From positions 35,001 to 99,000 of the forward strand of contig CAXHJY010000018.1 in NCBI GenBank assembly GCA_964016885.1: DNA of 64,000 bases. Direction: 5' to 3'. Made by a program: the position numbers and the translations under genes. Origin of the DNA: Eledone cirrhosa. Its lineage: Eukaryota. Under the pieces are notes generated by a model. That model saw only the letters and a list, made by a program, of their open reading frames with translations. It was not told where the DNA came from and searched no databases. This document shows, piece after piece, positions 23,211-35,162 of this stretch (the stretch's first letter is position 1; each line of letters starts with the position of its first letter).

Positions 23211-26200
23211 ACTATAATCAAGTCAATGGCAGTCTGTTGCAGTATCATGAGTTGATCCTGCATGCTTCATTCCATATTTCCAACAGAGGAACGTCATGAA
23301 ATCAAGTGTGTGACTCACTTCCTAGCAAGCTGAGGCCCACCTTAAACAAATTCACACCATCGGCACATTTTTCTACTATGATTTTCTTTCACCTTCAGCC
23401 AGTGAAATCATCATCTAAACTTTTACACATACAAAAAAAAAAAAAAAAATTCAATGCTAATATTTTGGGTGAAACATTTTCTGACAAGCAAAATGTAACC
23501 AATGTAAGGAAATATTATATCATGGAGTGTGAATTAAGGTTCTAATATTGATCATACATAGCACATCCAAAGTGCTATCAACTTTCAAATAGGTTTGTCT
23601 ATTTCCAAGTATAGCAGAGCGTGAGTGTAACTGATCAAAGCCACGCTAACATTTAGTCTGCCAACTCTAAGATTTTAGATCTGTAGGTCATAAGATACTT
23701 GTTTGTAAAAAATAAAAGGCAAATAAATGAAAATAAATATAACCTCCCCCATAAAAAACAAAAACAAAAACTGAAAATCCACAAAAACAAAAATGAAACA
23801 AAAACAGGAACAAAAAACAATTACTGAAGAATAAAATCAAGGGTAAATTAAAAATAGCTATGATGATTATGATGACGTTGAAGTTAATAGAGATTCCAAA
23901 GTTGCTGTTGATGATGATGATGATGGTGACAAAATAATCTTCTCTAACAAGATAAACAGCAGATTTCAATTAATCTTTAGTGAACATACATTTAGGTAGC
24001 CATATTGGTTCCAGTTTGTTTTAATGTGAACAACTGTCTATTGTCATACTTTATTTTCTAAAGATTGGACTCACTACTGTTAGAATGATTTCAATTAGTT
24101 CTCAACAAAACACTTCAGGATGTTTTCAAACTGTTGAAATCAACATATGTACAATACATGATGAATAGAACAAAACAGCCTCTATTCTCTTCTATACCAG
24201 CTGAGATCCACAACTAAACAGACTATTGCTTTAGGACAAAGAACTAACTTATAATTGTAATGTATTTTTTAAAGAATATCTAAGCACCAAAATACAAAAC
24301 TTGAGAAAATAACATAAACCCTTGTTTACCATTGTGTTATTCAGAAACTAAAATTTCTGTTCTGAGACAAGCAAAAAAAAAATCAATAGCCATCTAATCC
24401 AGCAAGACATAGTCCATGATAGAAAATAACCTTTGGTGTTTTGTTTCAATTTTCAGTTGTCATTATTATTGATTGAGAATATGGAGATAAGTTATGAAAT
24501 ATGGATACATTTGATATGCATGTGTACATACATGCATGCACATGCACATTCACACATGCATGCAGATGCACACAAACATACAAGCATGTACAAACAAGCA
24601 TGCAACATCCTTGTTTAACAGTAAGTCGTGCTTTTTGATATACCTTATCAACATTATGTGAAGGTGTGTGGATTGGCAGTATTGGTAGAGGGTTGACTTT
24701 GCCTTTCATCCTTATGGGGTTGATAAAATAAAGTACCAGTAATGTACTGGGTAATTGCTGGCCTTGTGCCAAAAGTAGAAACAATTATGTGAAGGTGTGT
24801 GGCTTAGTAGTTAAGGTACTGGGCTCATGGTCATGAATTCAATTTTCAGACTGTTGTGTCTTTGAGCATGATTCTTTATTTCACATCTTCTGCAGTCAAT
24901 TCACCTCTGCCCAGGAAGTTGGTTAATATACTTAGATATTTAAGGAATTTTTGAAGTAACCCTATCTAAACCTGCATAAATCTTTATATATTGAAAGTTC
25001 TACTAATTTTGATTTTCAACTGTCTCGAGGGATCCCTAAAATCATATGTCTTGCCTCAGAGACAGGATTGAATCTGAAATCTTTTGATCAACTCTTCATC
25101 CCCTTAATCCCAAAGCTTTAAATCATCAAGGCATATCATTATCTGGGACTAATGAGATCCATCATCAATCTTGACAATAACCTTCGTTTTGATAACAAGA
25201 AATGAAATGGATGAAAATAAAGAATACAATTTACATTAAACACACAAAAAATAAATCATGATTCAGATAATTAGAACAATTGCAAAGGAAAAAAAGAATC
25301 AGTTAATAGTATTGTTTAAAGACAGCATTAATCAAAATGATTCCTAGAACTCTTAAACGGCAAGATGGAAATATTTCAGTAATAATAAATAAATGAATAA
25401 ATAAACACAACAAAGTATTGTCAATTATAAATCAGAGGTCATAAATTATATTCACATTAAATAGAATTTGCTATTAATTTAGATACTGACTCTTTCACTA
25501 ATTTAGTACAGTTATGCTATGTCTTCAGCAAGCCATTTACAAAATCAATATTTTTGCTGAACTTTGCCAATGATATAGAAGAAATGAGTACGATTGGAAA
25601 ATTATGTTACTAATATCAAATTTTGGGCTAGAAAACAATAACTAAACAAAGCTGTCAGAAAAATGGCTGTTGAATTTTATCAACCTATACTGTAGTGGTA
25701 GAAGCTTATAGACATATCAGTTAAGAAACTAGAATGTTGTTCTTGCTAAACTGATAGAAAACGATGCTAGACTGAAGAAAAATATTGTATGAATAATTTT
25801 CTTTCTATTTTTCATTGGAAATAGCAAAAGTAAGGGAAAACAGGGAGGATGGAGTAGCAGACTCTACACCCTGGTCCAGGAAGTATACCTCAATTGTGCT
25901 CCATTGACAAAATAGCAAAGGGATCACAGCAGAGATGGAAAAAGTAACTTAAAATCTATATGATACCAGTAAAGATTGGTCTTCCTTTTCAAGGCTAGAA
26001 AATACCCCACCCCCAGCAATTACTGTTTAAAAAGCTGAGGTAAGATTAACAACTGACTACTGCTCCCACATCTGTGACAGTGTTACTGCTACCCAGATAG
26101 ACATCCTAACTCACATGCAAAGAAAAGCAACTGATATATCAACACACTCCAGCATTTGGCTCACAGACATTCTGCATTTTCGATTGCTTTGATGGTAGCC

Positions 26201-26799
26201 TCTTCACTCTTAAGTTGGCTGATATCATGCCAACTGTACTTAGGCTTGCCTGACTTACTCCTATTGTCCAACCACCAGGACCTACACTAATCATTAAGCT
26301 AAGTTATTCCTCCCCATTTCTGGAATTCCATTTCTGCAAATGGTTTTCCTGCAGATGTAAATTTGTGACTATTCAAGGGGAATGTTAATTGTATTGGCCT
26401 CACCATAAGCCCAGCCCATTTGTCTTGATCAATCCAAATAATCTAATTTATTAATAAATGTATCCAGCATGGTGACATGTTTAATTGTCCACTCCATTGA
26501 GTAAACATGTAATGTAATTTGAAAAGTTCCCAATCTATGTATATTTCTATAAAAATGTTTGTACCAAATATTTCATGCAAAATATAGAGCATGATATACA
26601 AGAGTAAATATGGTATGCAATAAAAACACAAATGCTGGAATTTTCTATACCTCCACTAACTGAAGAAAACACAGCAGATAGTTCTGATCACAATGATGAT
26701 ACATAGATATGCAAATACTTGCATATACAGATATATACATATAAATAAATATGCATGCCTGCCTGCTTACCTAACTGTCTGTCTGTCTGTTTATATATC

Positions 26800-27190
26800 A
26801 TCAACATTGATTAGCATCTATTTTTCCACACTTGCATTGGTTGTCAGGTTGGGTGAGCATGTTTTGCGCATATGGACCTATATTTTGGGTTGGTTTCTAT
26901 GGTTGGATGCCCATCCTAATACCAACCACATTACAGTATGGGCTGGGTGCTTTTTATCGTGTCACCAAAATGACCATCTAACAAGGTGGACTAGGTGCTT
27001 TTTCATAGTGTTACCATCATAACCACCTTACAGTGGGAACTGGGCACTTTTTGTCATGTCATCAGTACAACCATTTTATAGAGTGGACAGGATACTACTT
27101 TTTTTGTGTTGCCAGCCCAACCACCTCCCATGGTGGAGTGGGAGATTTTGTCGTTGTGGCACCAGATCACCATACAGGGTGAATTTACTG
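26800..27190 (-). mobile_element. RTE-tail-derived repeat with several decayed ~48-bp units
   Basis: ggatgcccatcctaataccaaccac..acagt..ctgggtgcttt repeated. Confidence 0.7.
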
Positions 27191-27597
27191 TTTGTTTTTT
27201 TGTTGCAACAGCAGCATGGTAGGAGATCAGATGTGGTGCATGTCCAGCTTTCCATGAAGTATATCAGGGGTATGAGTAAGGTTTGGTGGGAAGGTGTAAA
27301 TAACTTTTAGATGGATGAGGTGAGTGGGGGACACACACATATACATATAAATACATACATTTACACACTCATATATATATATATATCTACACACACATAC
27401 ATACACAAACATCTATATAGGAAAGGATAGGAGCATAGTCGTGGGCATTTTAAACCTAGCTAAGGAGCTTGCTTCACAAACATGTGCTTCTGGGTCCAGT
27501 CTTGCTGTATGGCACCTTAGTTAAGTGTCTTCTACTATAGCCTGGGATTGACCAATACCTTGTGAATAGAATTTGGCAACTGCAGAAACCTATCATA

Positions 27598-28355
27598 GAC
27601 CCCTACCATATACTTCCTCCCCAAATTCCATAAACCAGACACACAGGCTGTCCCATTATCTTTGCATGCAGTTGTCTAAACAAATTTATTTTTGGCTTTC
27701 TTGGACTCCATCTTTGAACCCCTAGTAGCCCCCCTGCCATCCTACTTCTCCAACACCAATCATGCCCTCCGCCTCTTTGATTCCTTTATCTTCCAATCTG
27801 GCCCATCACCCCTTATCTTCACACTCAATATCAAGTCCCTCTATACTGTCATCTCCAGTGCCGAGGGCCTCATGACTCTCCAACATTTCCTTGATCCTCG
27901 TACATCACCTCAGCCTTCCACCTCCATCCTTATGCACCTGGCTGAGCTTATTCTCACCCTTAACTGTTTCTCTTTTTGGGTGAGATGTACCCAACTTCAG
28001 ATGGGGATGGGAGTGGACATGGGCACAAGATTGGGTCCAAATTATGCCAACTTCTTTCCTGGCTATGTTGAGGCCCAAATCTTTTTCCAATATACTGGCC
28101 CCACTCTCGAGCTATCAGACCTTATATTGATGATGGCATTGGCACTACTTACCCGAGTACAGCTCGACTCCATCCTCTCCTTCTTCTGTTCCTTCCACCC
28201 CACTCTTTACTTCACTACCTCTATCTCTTCTACTTCCATCCACTACCTGGATATCTCTGTTTCTATCAACCACTCCAATTGCTCCCTCATCATGTCAGCT
28301 TTCTTTAAATCCACTAACTCTCATGCCTACCACGACTTCACCTCCTTCCACCCAA
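27598..28355 (+). mobile_element. Degenerate Penelope-like element RT fragment
   Basis: YFLPKFHKPD, IKSLYT, MGTRLGPNYANFF, out-of-frame YIDD, YLDISV, FKSTNSHAY; homologous to the 61915 copy. Confidence 0.88.
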
Positions 28356-28664
28356 ATTTTTGTTTACTTCTGGCCACTCACATACTAAGAGTACTTTGAA
28401 AGCAAGAAATTGAATAAGAGAACTTTGTATAGTGATTCATAGAGTAGAAGACAGAGGGAAAGACAGCAAGTGAGAGAGGGGAGGGTAGAGTGAGAAAAAG
28501 AGAGGGCGAGAGTGATAGAAGGGAGAGAGAAAGAAAACAAGCAAAATAAAGGAAAAAGTATAATTAAGTCACAGAGAAAAACAGGTGCACATGCACATGT
28601 GTGCATATGTGTGTGTATGCATATATGTGTAAAGGATGTTTATGTATTAAAAAGTTCAAATAAT

Positions 28665-28851
28665 TGTTTCTACTTTTGGCACAAGGCCAGCAATTACCCA
28701 GTGTATTACAGGTACTTTATTTTATTGACCCCGTAAGGATGAAAGGCAAAGTTAACCTCAGCGGGATTTGAACTCAGACCGTAAAGGGACGTAACTCTAT
28801 GCTTCAAAGCACGGTGTCCGACTCTCTACCGATACTGCCAATCTACCGTCC
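28665..28851 (-). mobile_element. SINE family 1, full length with TSD
   Basis: A and B boxes plus core; 17-bp TSD taaaaagttcaaataat at 28648-28664 and 28852-28868. Confidence 0.92.
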
Positions 28852-29157
28852 TAAAAAGTTCAAATAATAAAAGAATTGTGGTGAATGTTCTCAAGGCAAT
28901 ACATTAATAAAAATCATGACAATATAGTAAATGTAGAAAATCATTGTGAAATAATCACTACAGATATTTTCGTACCTTATTAACGTAGAATTTGAAGTTA
29001 GTGAAAATATTGACTCCAAATATAAGCCACCCGCCACATTTTACAATCGATCTTTTGGTCACATATTCCTCGAGTTTATATATGTGTGTGTATACACACA
29101 CACACATAAATATATATAAATATATGTAATGTATATATATAATATATATGTATTGGA

Positions 29158-29591
29158 TGGAGGCACATGACTTAGTGGTTAGAGCATTGGCCTTGCAATC
29201 GAAAGGTTGTGAGTTCAATTCTCAGATCGGGTGATGTGTTGTTTCCTTGAGCAAGACACTTTATTTCACATTGCTCCAGTTTACTCAGCTGTAGAAATGA
29301 GATGATAGGACTGGGTCCCTATCATTCCACTGCAAAGTGGTCGTGGAGGTGCCACAGCAAAAAAGCATCCAGCCCACACTGTAAAGTGCTTGTGTAGGAG
29401 TCATGAAAAAAAGCATCCAGCACACACTGCAAATGTGGTTGGCATTAGGAAGGACATCCAGCTATAGAAAACTAGCCAGAAAAAGTCCTATATGAGTAAC
29501 ACACGGTCACCTGATCTAACTTGCCTCAAATGGGATGACTCGTCTAACTCATGCTAGCGTGGGAAATGGACGTTAAACGATGATGATGATG
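29158..29591 (+). mobile_element. tRNA-derived SINE family 2 (CORE-like body + RTE 3' tail)
   Basis: A box tgacttagtgg, B box gagttcaattc, ccttgagcaagacacttt...ctgtagaaatg, then RTE-like UTR ending ggacgttaaacgatgatgat. Confidence 0.85.
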
Positions 29592-29801
29592 ACAAGCATA
29601 CCAACATATATTTACATACATCCATACATCATGATTATCATCATTCAAATTTTAAAACAGTTATTTCATTTTGGAATACAGTTTTCTATACTTCTGAAAT
29701 TATTATTGAACCTCTTAAATAAATAACATATTTAATGCTAACTTCAGAGGACACATAGATGTACTGCAGTAAAATACTCTATTTCATCTCTCTTTCCAAC
29801 C

Positions 29802-29850
<49 letters not shown>

Positions 29851-30288
29851 AATATATATATATATATATATATACATATATATATGGGTGGGTCTGTTTG
29901 TATGTTTGTGTGTGTTTCTGCACAAAAAGGATACGAGGAAAAGGCAAACTAGTAAATGCATAAGACTGATATACATATATACATATCATCATCATCATCA
30001 TCACCGTTTTACGTCCGTTCTTCCACGCTAGCATGGGTTAGACGGGTTGTCCTGTTGTGGGCAGTGTCTGGTCGGCTGACCATGCCTTGCTCATACAGGA
30101 ACTGATCTGGCTTGATTTCTACAGCTGGATGCCCTTCCTAACACCAACCTCATTTACAGTGAGTGCTGGGTGCTTTTTCGTGGCGCCTACACGTCCACTT
30201 TACAGTGTGGGCTGGGTGCTTTTTTGCCGTGGCACCTCCACGACCACCTTGCGGTGGGGGGGGGGGGGGGGCATGTTGTTTATATGCT

Positions 30289-33200
30289 TCAGCATGTACC
30301 CATGGGAGGTCGGGTACCCTGTATTACTGCGTGACGCCAGAGGTCACGGTCGTGTGTCATTGACTTTGAGAGGTGTAGTTGGGTAAAGTCGGCTTTTATC
30401 ACCTCATCCCAAGTCATCTTGGGTCTCCCCACTCCGCGGTTTCCATCAACTTCTAGTGCTCTGCACCTTTTTATGCAGCTGTCATCCTTCATACGCATCA
30501 CATGTCCATACCAGCGTAACCACCTCTCCTGCACGCAGCATTTGATTCCTCTTATGCTCAGTCTCTCTCTCAATTCATTTATGCTTTGTCGTTCACGTAT
30601 ATTACTGTTACACATCCATCGGAGCATGCAGGCTTCGTTTCTCTCTAATCTACGTAAGTCTTCCACCTTCAGCGCCCAGGTCTCACTACCATGCAACATC
30701 GCTGTTCGGATACACGCATCATACAGTCTGCCTTTCATTCTGAGGGAGAAGCCTTTTGCAGCTAGCAGTGGTAGTAGTTCCCTAAACTTCTTCCATCCCG
30801 TTCTTACCCTAGTTATTGTACTTTCTGAGCACCCACCTCCGTTGCTAATTCGGTCACCTAGGTAGCAGAAGCTGTCTACTGTTTCTACAGGGCCCTCCCA
30901 GAGATTGGTGGTACTTGTTTCCTGTGGCTGTTTGCTTGCTGTTTCAGCACAGCTGCTGCATGTGAATCCTACATTCTTAATTAAGCTTCCTGAGATCCCG
31001 CTACATCTCTTGTGTACCCATTGTTTGCATTTGGGGCAAAGAATGGAGTTCCTACCTACACCTTTCCTACATACTGAGCAAGGCCATTTCCCTGAGGGGA
31101 TCTGGGTTCTGTTTTCTCGTCTACTTATAAGGACCTTAGTCTTTGTCATGTTGACTTTGAGGCCCTTTCTCTCTAGTCCCTGCTTCCAGGTTTGGAATTT
31201 ATTCTCTAGTTCTACCATAGATTCAGCTATGAGTGCGAGGTCATCAGCATACAGGAGTTCCCATGGGCATCCGGTCTTAAACTCCTCCGTTATTGCCTGC
31301 AGGACTATGATGAACAGAAGAGGGCTAAGAACAGAGCCCTGGTGGACCCCAACCTGTACGCTAAATTCCTCGCTATACTCATTGCCAATCCTAACTTTGC
31401 TGACTGCTCCCCTATACATGGCTTGTACCGCTTTCACAAGCCATTCATCTACTCCTAGTTTTCTAAGAGCCCACCAGATTACTGCACGTGGAACTCTGTC
31501 AAAGGCTTTCTCAAGGTCGACAAATGCCAAGTAGAGTGGCTTACTTTTAGCTAGGTACTTTTCCTGTAATTGCCTCACAAGGAAGAGCGCATCAGTGGTG
31601 CCTTTCCCTGGTACAAACCCAAATTGCATCTCGTCTATATTCACCCGGTCCCTAATCAGCTGTGCTATAACTCTTTCTGTTACTTTCATGACCTGGTCCA
31701 TCAACTTTATACCTCTATAGTTTCCTCTATCTAGTGCATCGCCTTTACCTTTGTAGCAGTTGACAATGATGCTACTGCACCAATCTTTTGGTATGGCCCC
31801 CTCTAGTATTACCTGGTTAACGATACGTGTGGTTATAGTGTGACCTACAGACCCAGATGCCTTCAGCATCTCGGCAGCTATACCCGATGGACCGGTTGCC
31901 TTCCCTATCTTCATATCTCTGATTGCCTTACTTACTACGCTGCCGCTGACTTGTACTGCTGGTCCCTCTATAGGGTCTACGTGGGGTAGGGTCTCTTCTT
32001 CCCATGCATTCTCCTCATTTAGTAATCTATCATAATGACTCTTCCATGCATCTTTCTTCTCAGCACTTGTGAGGGCAAGCTCACCTTTATCATTCCGGAT
32101 ACACTTCTCTCCAATGACATCACAACTATCTCTGACACACTGCCTCGCAATCTTGAATACCTCCTGTTTCTGGTCCTCACGTTGTAAAACATGCTTGAAT
32201 TTTCTATCCTCTGCTTCCCTCCTAGCTAAGTATACTTGTCGCCTAGCTTCCCTCTTGGTCTCTATGTAATGTACCCTGCTCCCCCCGTTCTTCCATTCTT
32301 TCCATGCCTGTCTCTTGGCCTTGACTGCTTCATCTACCTTATTGTTCCACCACCAAGTCACTCTCCTCCTGCTTGAGGTCTTACTCCAGCCACAAACCTC
32401 ATCCGTCGCCTCTAGTAAGTTATTTTTTAGGAACTCCCAGTTCTCTTCTACGTTAAATGTCTCTATCTGTTCTTCTTTACTGTCGTAGGCGTTGAGTAAA
32501 ATATCTTTAAATCTGTTACTGGTTGAGGGGACTTTCAGCTTCCAGATCTTTCTTCTCCAGGTTGGCCTCTGTTTCAGGGCTCGTCTAGTTCTGACCGTGA
32601 GGTCGCTGACAACTAAGCTATGTTGGGATGTACATTCCTCACTAGGGAAGGCTTTTGTGTTTACGACCGTCCATCTGTCACGTCCTCTGATGAGGATAAA
32701 ATCTAACTGACTAGAGTGCTCCCCTGATCTATAGGTGATCAGGTGGTTGTCGGGTTTTTTAAAGTTTGTGTTACATATCGACATGTCATTGGCGTCGCAG
32801 AATTCTAGAAGTCTGAATCCTTCCTCATTCCTTGTGCCAACTCCATGGCCTCCATGTACTCTATTGAAGCCGTCGCAGTGTTTACCTACGTGTCCGTTAA
32901 AATCTCCTGCAATGATTAGGAAGTCCTTGTCGTCTGTTAGAGCAGTAGTGTGTATTAGGGACTCGTAAAACCTATCCTTAAGTTCGTCTGGCAGCCCCGA
33001 TTGGGGTGCGTAAGCTGATATTATTGTGGTAATTGTCTTATTCAGGACTAGTCTGAGTTTAATGATTCTTGCATTTACCCTGTACACTGAGATTACTTTA
33101 TCTACCCACTTGTCAGCTAATAGTATACCTACACCACCCATCCCATCGTCATTTCCCACCCAGAAAAATTTGTAGCACTGGCTTTTTCCTACAAGGACTC

Positions 33201-33408
33201 TAGCAGACCCTCCTCTCCATCTAGTCTCTTGCACACAGCATACATCAACTTCCTTTCGCTCTAGCATTTCTACGATTTCTCCTGCTCTTCCTTTCATTGA
33301 GCCTACATTGATGGTACCAACTCGGAGTTTTGGGCGTTTGTCGACACTCGTAGGGGAGGGTCTCTGGGTTGGCGCTTCACGTGGGTGCTTGGTAGCTCGC
33401 AGATTCAT
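30289..33408 (-). CDS. RTE ORF: APE endonuclease + reverse transcriptase with PHD-like finger, 1039 aa
   Basis: INV, VQETRW, YAP, GDFNGH, LDFIL, SQH (APE); YRGIKL, DLEKAFD, HQGSVLSP, YADD (RT); no stops. Confidence 0.96.
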   Translation of the reverse strand: MNLRATKHPREAPTQRPSPTSVDKRPKLRVGTINVGSMKGRAGEIVEMLERKEVDVCCVQETRWRGGSARVLVGKSQCYKFFWVGNDDGMGGVGILLADKWVDKVISVYRVNARIIKLRLVLNKTITTIISAYAPQSGLPDELKDRFYESLIHTTALTDDKDFLIIAGDFNGHVGKHCDGFNRVHGGHGVGTRNEEGFRLLEFCDANDMSICNTNFKKPDNHLITYRSGEHSSQLDFILIRGRDRWTVVNTKAFPSEECTSQHSLVVSDLTVRTRRALKQRPTWRRKIWKLKVPSTSNRFKDILLNAYDSKEEQIETFNVEENWEFLKNNLLEATDEVCGWSKTSSRRRVTWWWNNKVDEAVKAKRQAWKEWKNGGSRVHYIETKREARRQVYLARREAEDRKFKHVLQREDQKQEVFKIARQCVRDSCDVIGEKCIRNDKGELALTSAEKKDAWKSHYDRLLNEENAWEEETLPHVDPIEGPAVQVSGSVVSKAIRDMKIGKATGPSGIAAEMLKASGSVGHTITTRIVNQVILEGAIPKDWCSSIIVNCYKGKGDALDRGNYRGIKLMDQVMKVTERVIAQLIRDRVNIDEMQFGFVPGKGTTDALFLVRQLQEKYLAKSKPLYLAFVDLEKAFDRVPRAVIWWALRKLGVDEWLVKAVQAMYRGAVSKVRIGNEYSEEFSVQVGVHQGSVLSPLLFIIVLQAITEEFKTGCPWELLYADDLALIAESMVELENKFQTWKQGLERKGLKVNMTKTKVLISRRENRTQIPSGKWPCSVCRKGVGRNSILCPKCKQWVHKRCSGISGSLIKNVGFTCSSCAETASKQPQETSTTNLWEGPVETVDSFCYLGDRISNGGGCSESTITRVRTGWKKFRELLPLLAAKGFSLRMKGRLYDACIRTAMLHGSETWALKVEDLRRLERNEACMLRWMCNSNIRERQSINELRERLSIRGIKCCVQERWLRWYGHVMRMKDDSCIKRCRALEVDGNRGVGRPKMTWDEVIKADFTQLHLSKSMTHDRDLWRHAVIQGTRPPMGTC

Positions 33409-33669
33409 ATTTCATCTATTGATTCAGAGTTGCTCGTGTATTCCCAGCTCATCCATCCATAACGGTGGGAAAATTGAGGGCTAGAAGGACAGTGGTGGTG
33501 GGGTAATGGCAGGGTGTGTTGGGATGCGCCAGAGGAGGAGAGAGTTAGTTAGGCAGGTAGTAGCAGCAGCAGCAGTGGAAATGGCATGCTAGGTTTGATT
33601 GGTCGAATAGACTATGGTGGTGTGTGGGGGTGGGGGGGGAGGGGAAATTGTGAGGTAGGAACTGAGGGT

Positions 33670-34572
33670 CGCATGGTAAATATCCAAGTTAATACTACAT
33701 CAGTAAAATTAACAATAATAACGTCATGAAAAAAAACTACTAAGAGAAACCCTCGAAAATTTATCGCTAATACAGCAGGGAAAATTTAACGCTAATACAG
33801 CAGGGAACATCATAATATTAACGACATGGTAAATAACTGAGAGAGATACAATAGGATTAGAATACCGCATGGTAAATATCCAAGTTAATAAGTTAATACT
33901 ACATCAGTAAAATTAACAATAATAACGTCATGAAAAAAAACTACTAAGAGAAACCCTCGAAAATTTATCGCTAATACAGCAGGGAAAATTTAACGCTAAT
34001 ACAGCAGGGAACATCATAATATTAACGACATGGTAAATAACTGAGAGAGATACAATAGGATTAGAATACCGCATGGTAAATATCCAAGTTAATAAGTTAA
34101 TACTACATCAGTAAAATTAACAATAATAACGTCATGAAAAAAAACTACTAAGAGAAACCCTCGAAAATTTATCGCTAATACAGCAGGGAAAATTTAACGC
34201 TAATACAGCAGGGAACATCATAATATTAACGACATGGTAAATAACTGAGAGAGATACAATAGGATTATAATACCGCATGGTAAATATCCAAGTTAATAAG
34301 TTAATACTACATCAGTAAAATTAACAATAATAACGTCATGAAAAAAAACTACTAAGAGAAACCCTCGAAAATTTATCGCTAATACAGCAGGGAAAATTTA
34401 ACGCTAATACAGCAGGGAACATCATAATATTAACGACATGGTAAATAACTGAGAGAGATACAATAGGATTAGAATACCGCATGGTAAATATCCAAGTTAA
34501 TAAGTTAATACTACATCAGTAAAATTAACAATAATAACGTCATGAAAAAAACTACTAAGAGAAACCCTCGAA

Positions 34573-34574
<2 letters not shown>
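33670..34574 (-). repeat. 204-bp tandem array, about 4.5 copies, at the LINE 5' end
   Basis: cgcatggtaaatatcc recurs at 33670, 33866, 34070, 34274, 34478; copies nearly identical. Confidence 0.95.
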
Positions 34575-34611
<37 letters not shown>

Positions 34612-35162
34612 ATTATTATTATATAAATTATTATTATTATTATATAAAAACTTTCATCCTTACGGGGTCGATAAAATAAAGTACCAGTAATGAACTGAGT
34701 AATTGCTGGCCTTGTGCCAAAAAAAGTAGAAACAATTATTATATAAAAACTGAACTGAACTGGGAAAAGTCAACAGTTGACATGATTTTGATTTTATATC
34801 AGTACTGCCGGTAATATATATATATATATGTGTGTATGTGAGTGGTATGTGTGTTTGTATGCATGAATGAGTGTTGGTGTGTGAGTGGCGTGTGTGTTTG
34901 TAGTTTGTATGCATGAGTGTTGGTGTGTGAATGTGTGTGCATGTCGTGTCAATAAGTGTTTTTTTTTTATGACCACGCTGTAAAATGGAGGGGTAGAGAG
35001 GGCCCTTGAGTCTAGTAAGACATCCTCTCTAGTGCTGGTGGCACAAATAAAATCACCCAGTCCATACTGTAAAGTGGCGCTGGTGTTAGGAAGGGCATCC
35101 AACCAGTGTATCAATGCCAAAACGCTTATCAGCACAGCAAGAAATAGGAACAACAACAAAAT

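Larger units (their letters stand above)
29986..34574 (-). mobile_element. Full-length RTE-clade LINE, family A
   Basis: Intact ORF, 3' UTR ending in (ATG)n, 5' UTR and tandem 204-bp array; TA-rich flanks. Confidence 0.95.

Noticed and set aside
29158-29232. tRNA gene
   Set aside because: A/B boxes present, but it continues into a SINE body and a second copy exists at 54403-54745.
30419-32968. Plus-strand ORFs of 66-209 aa
   Set aside because: Antisense shadows of the RTE ORF; same for those opposite 35163-38204 and 58231-60431.
33670-34574. 204-bp array as CRISPR or coding repeat
   Set aside because: No spacers and no ORF; simple tandem monomers.
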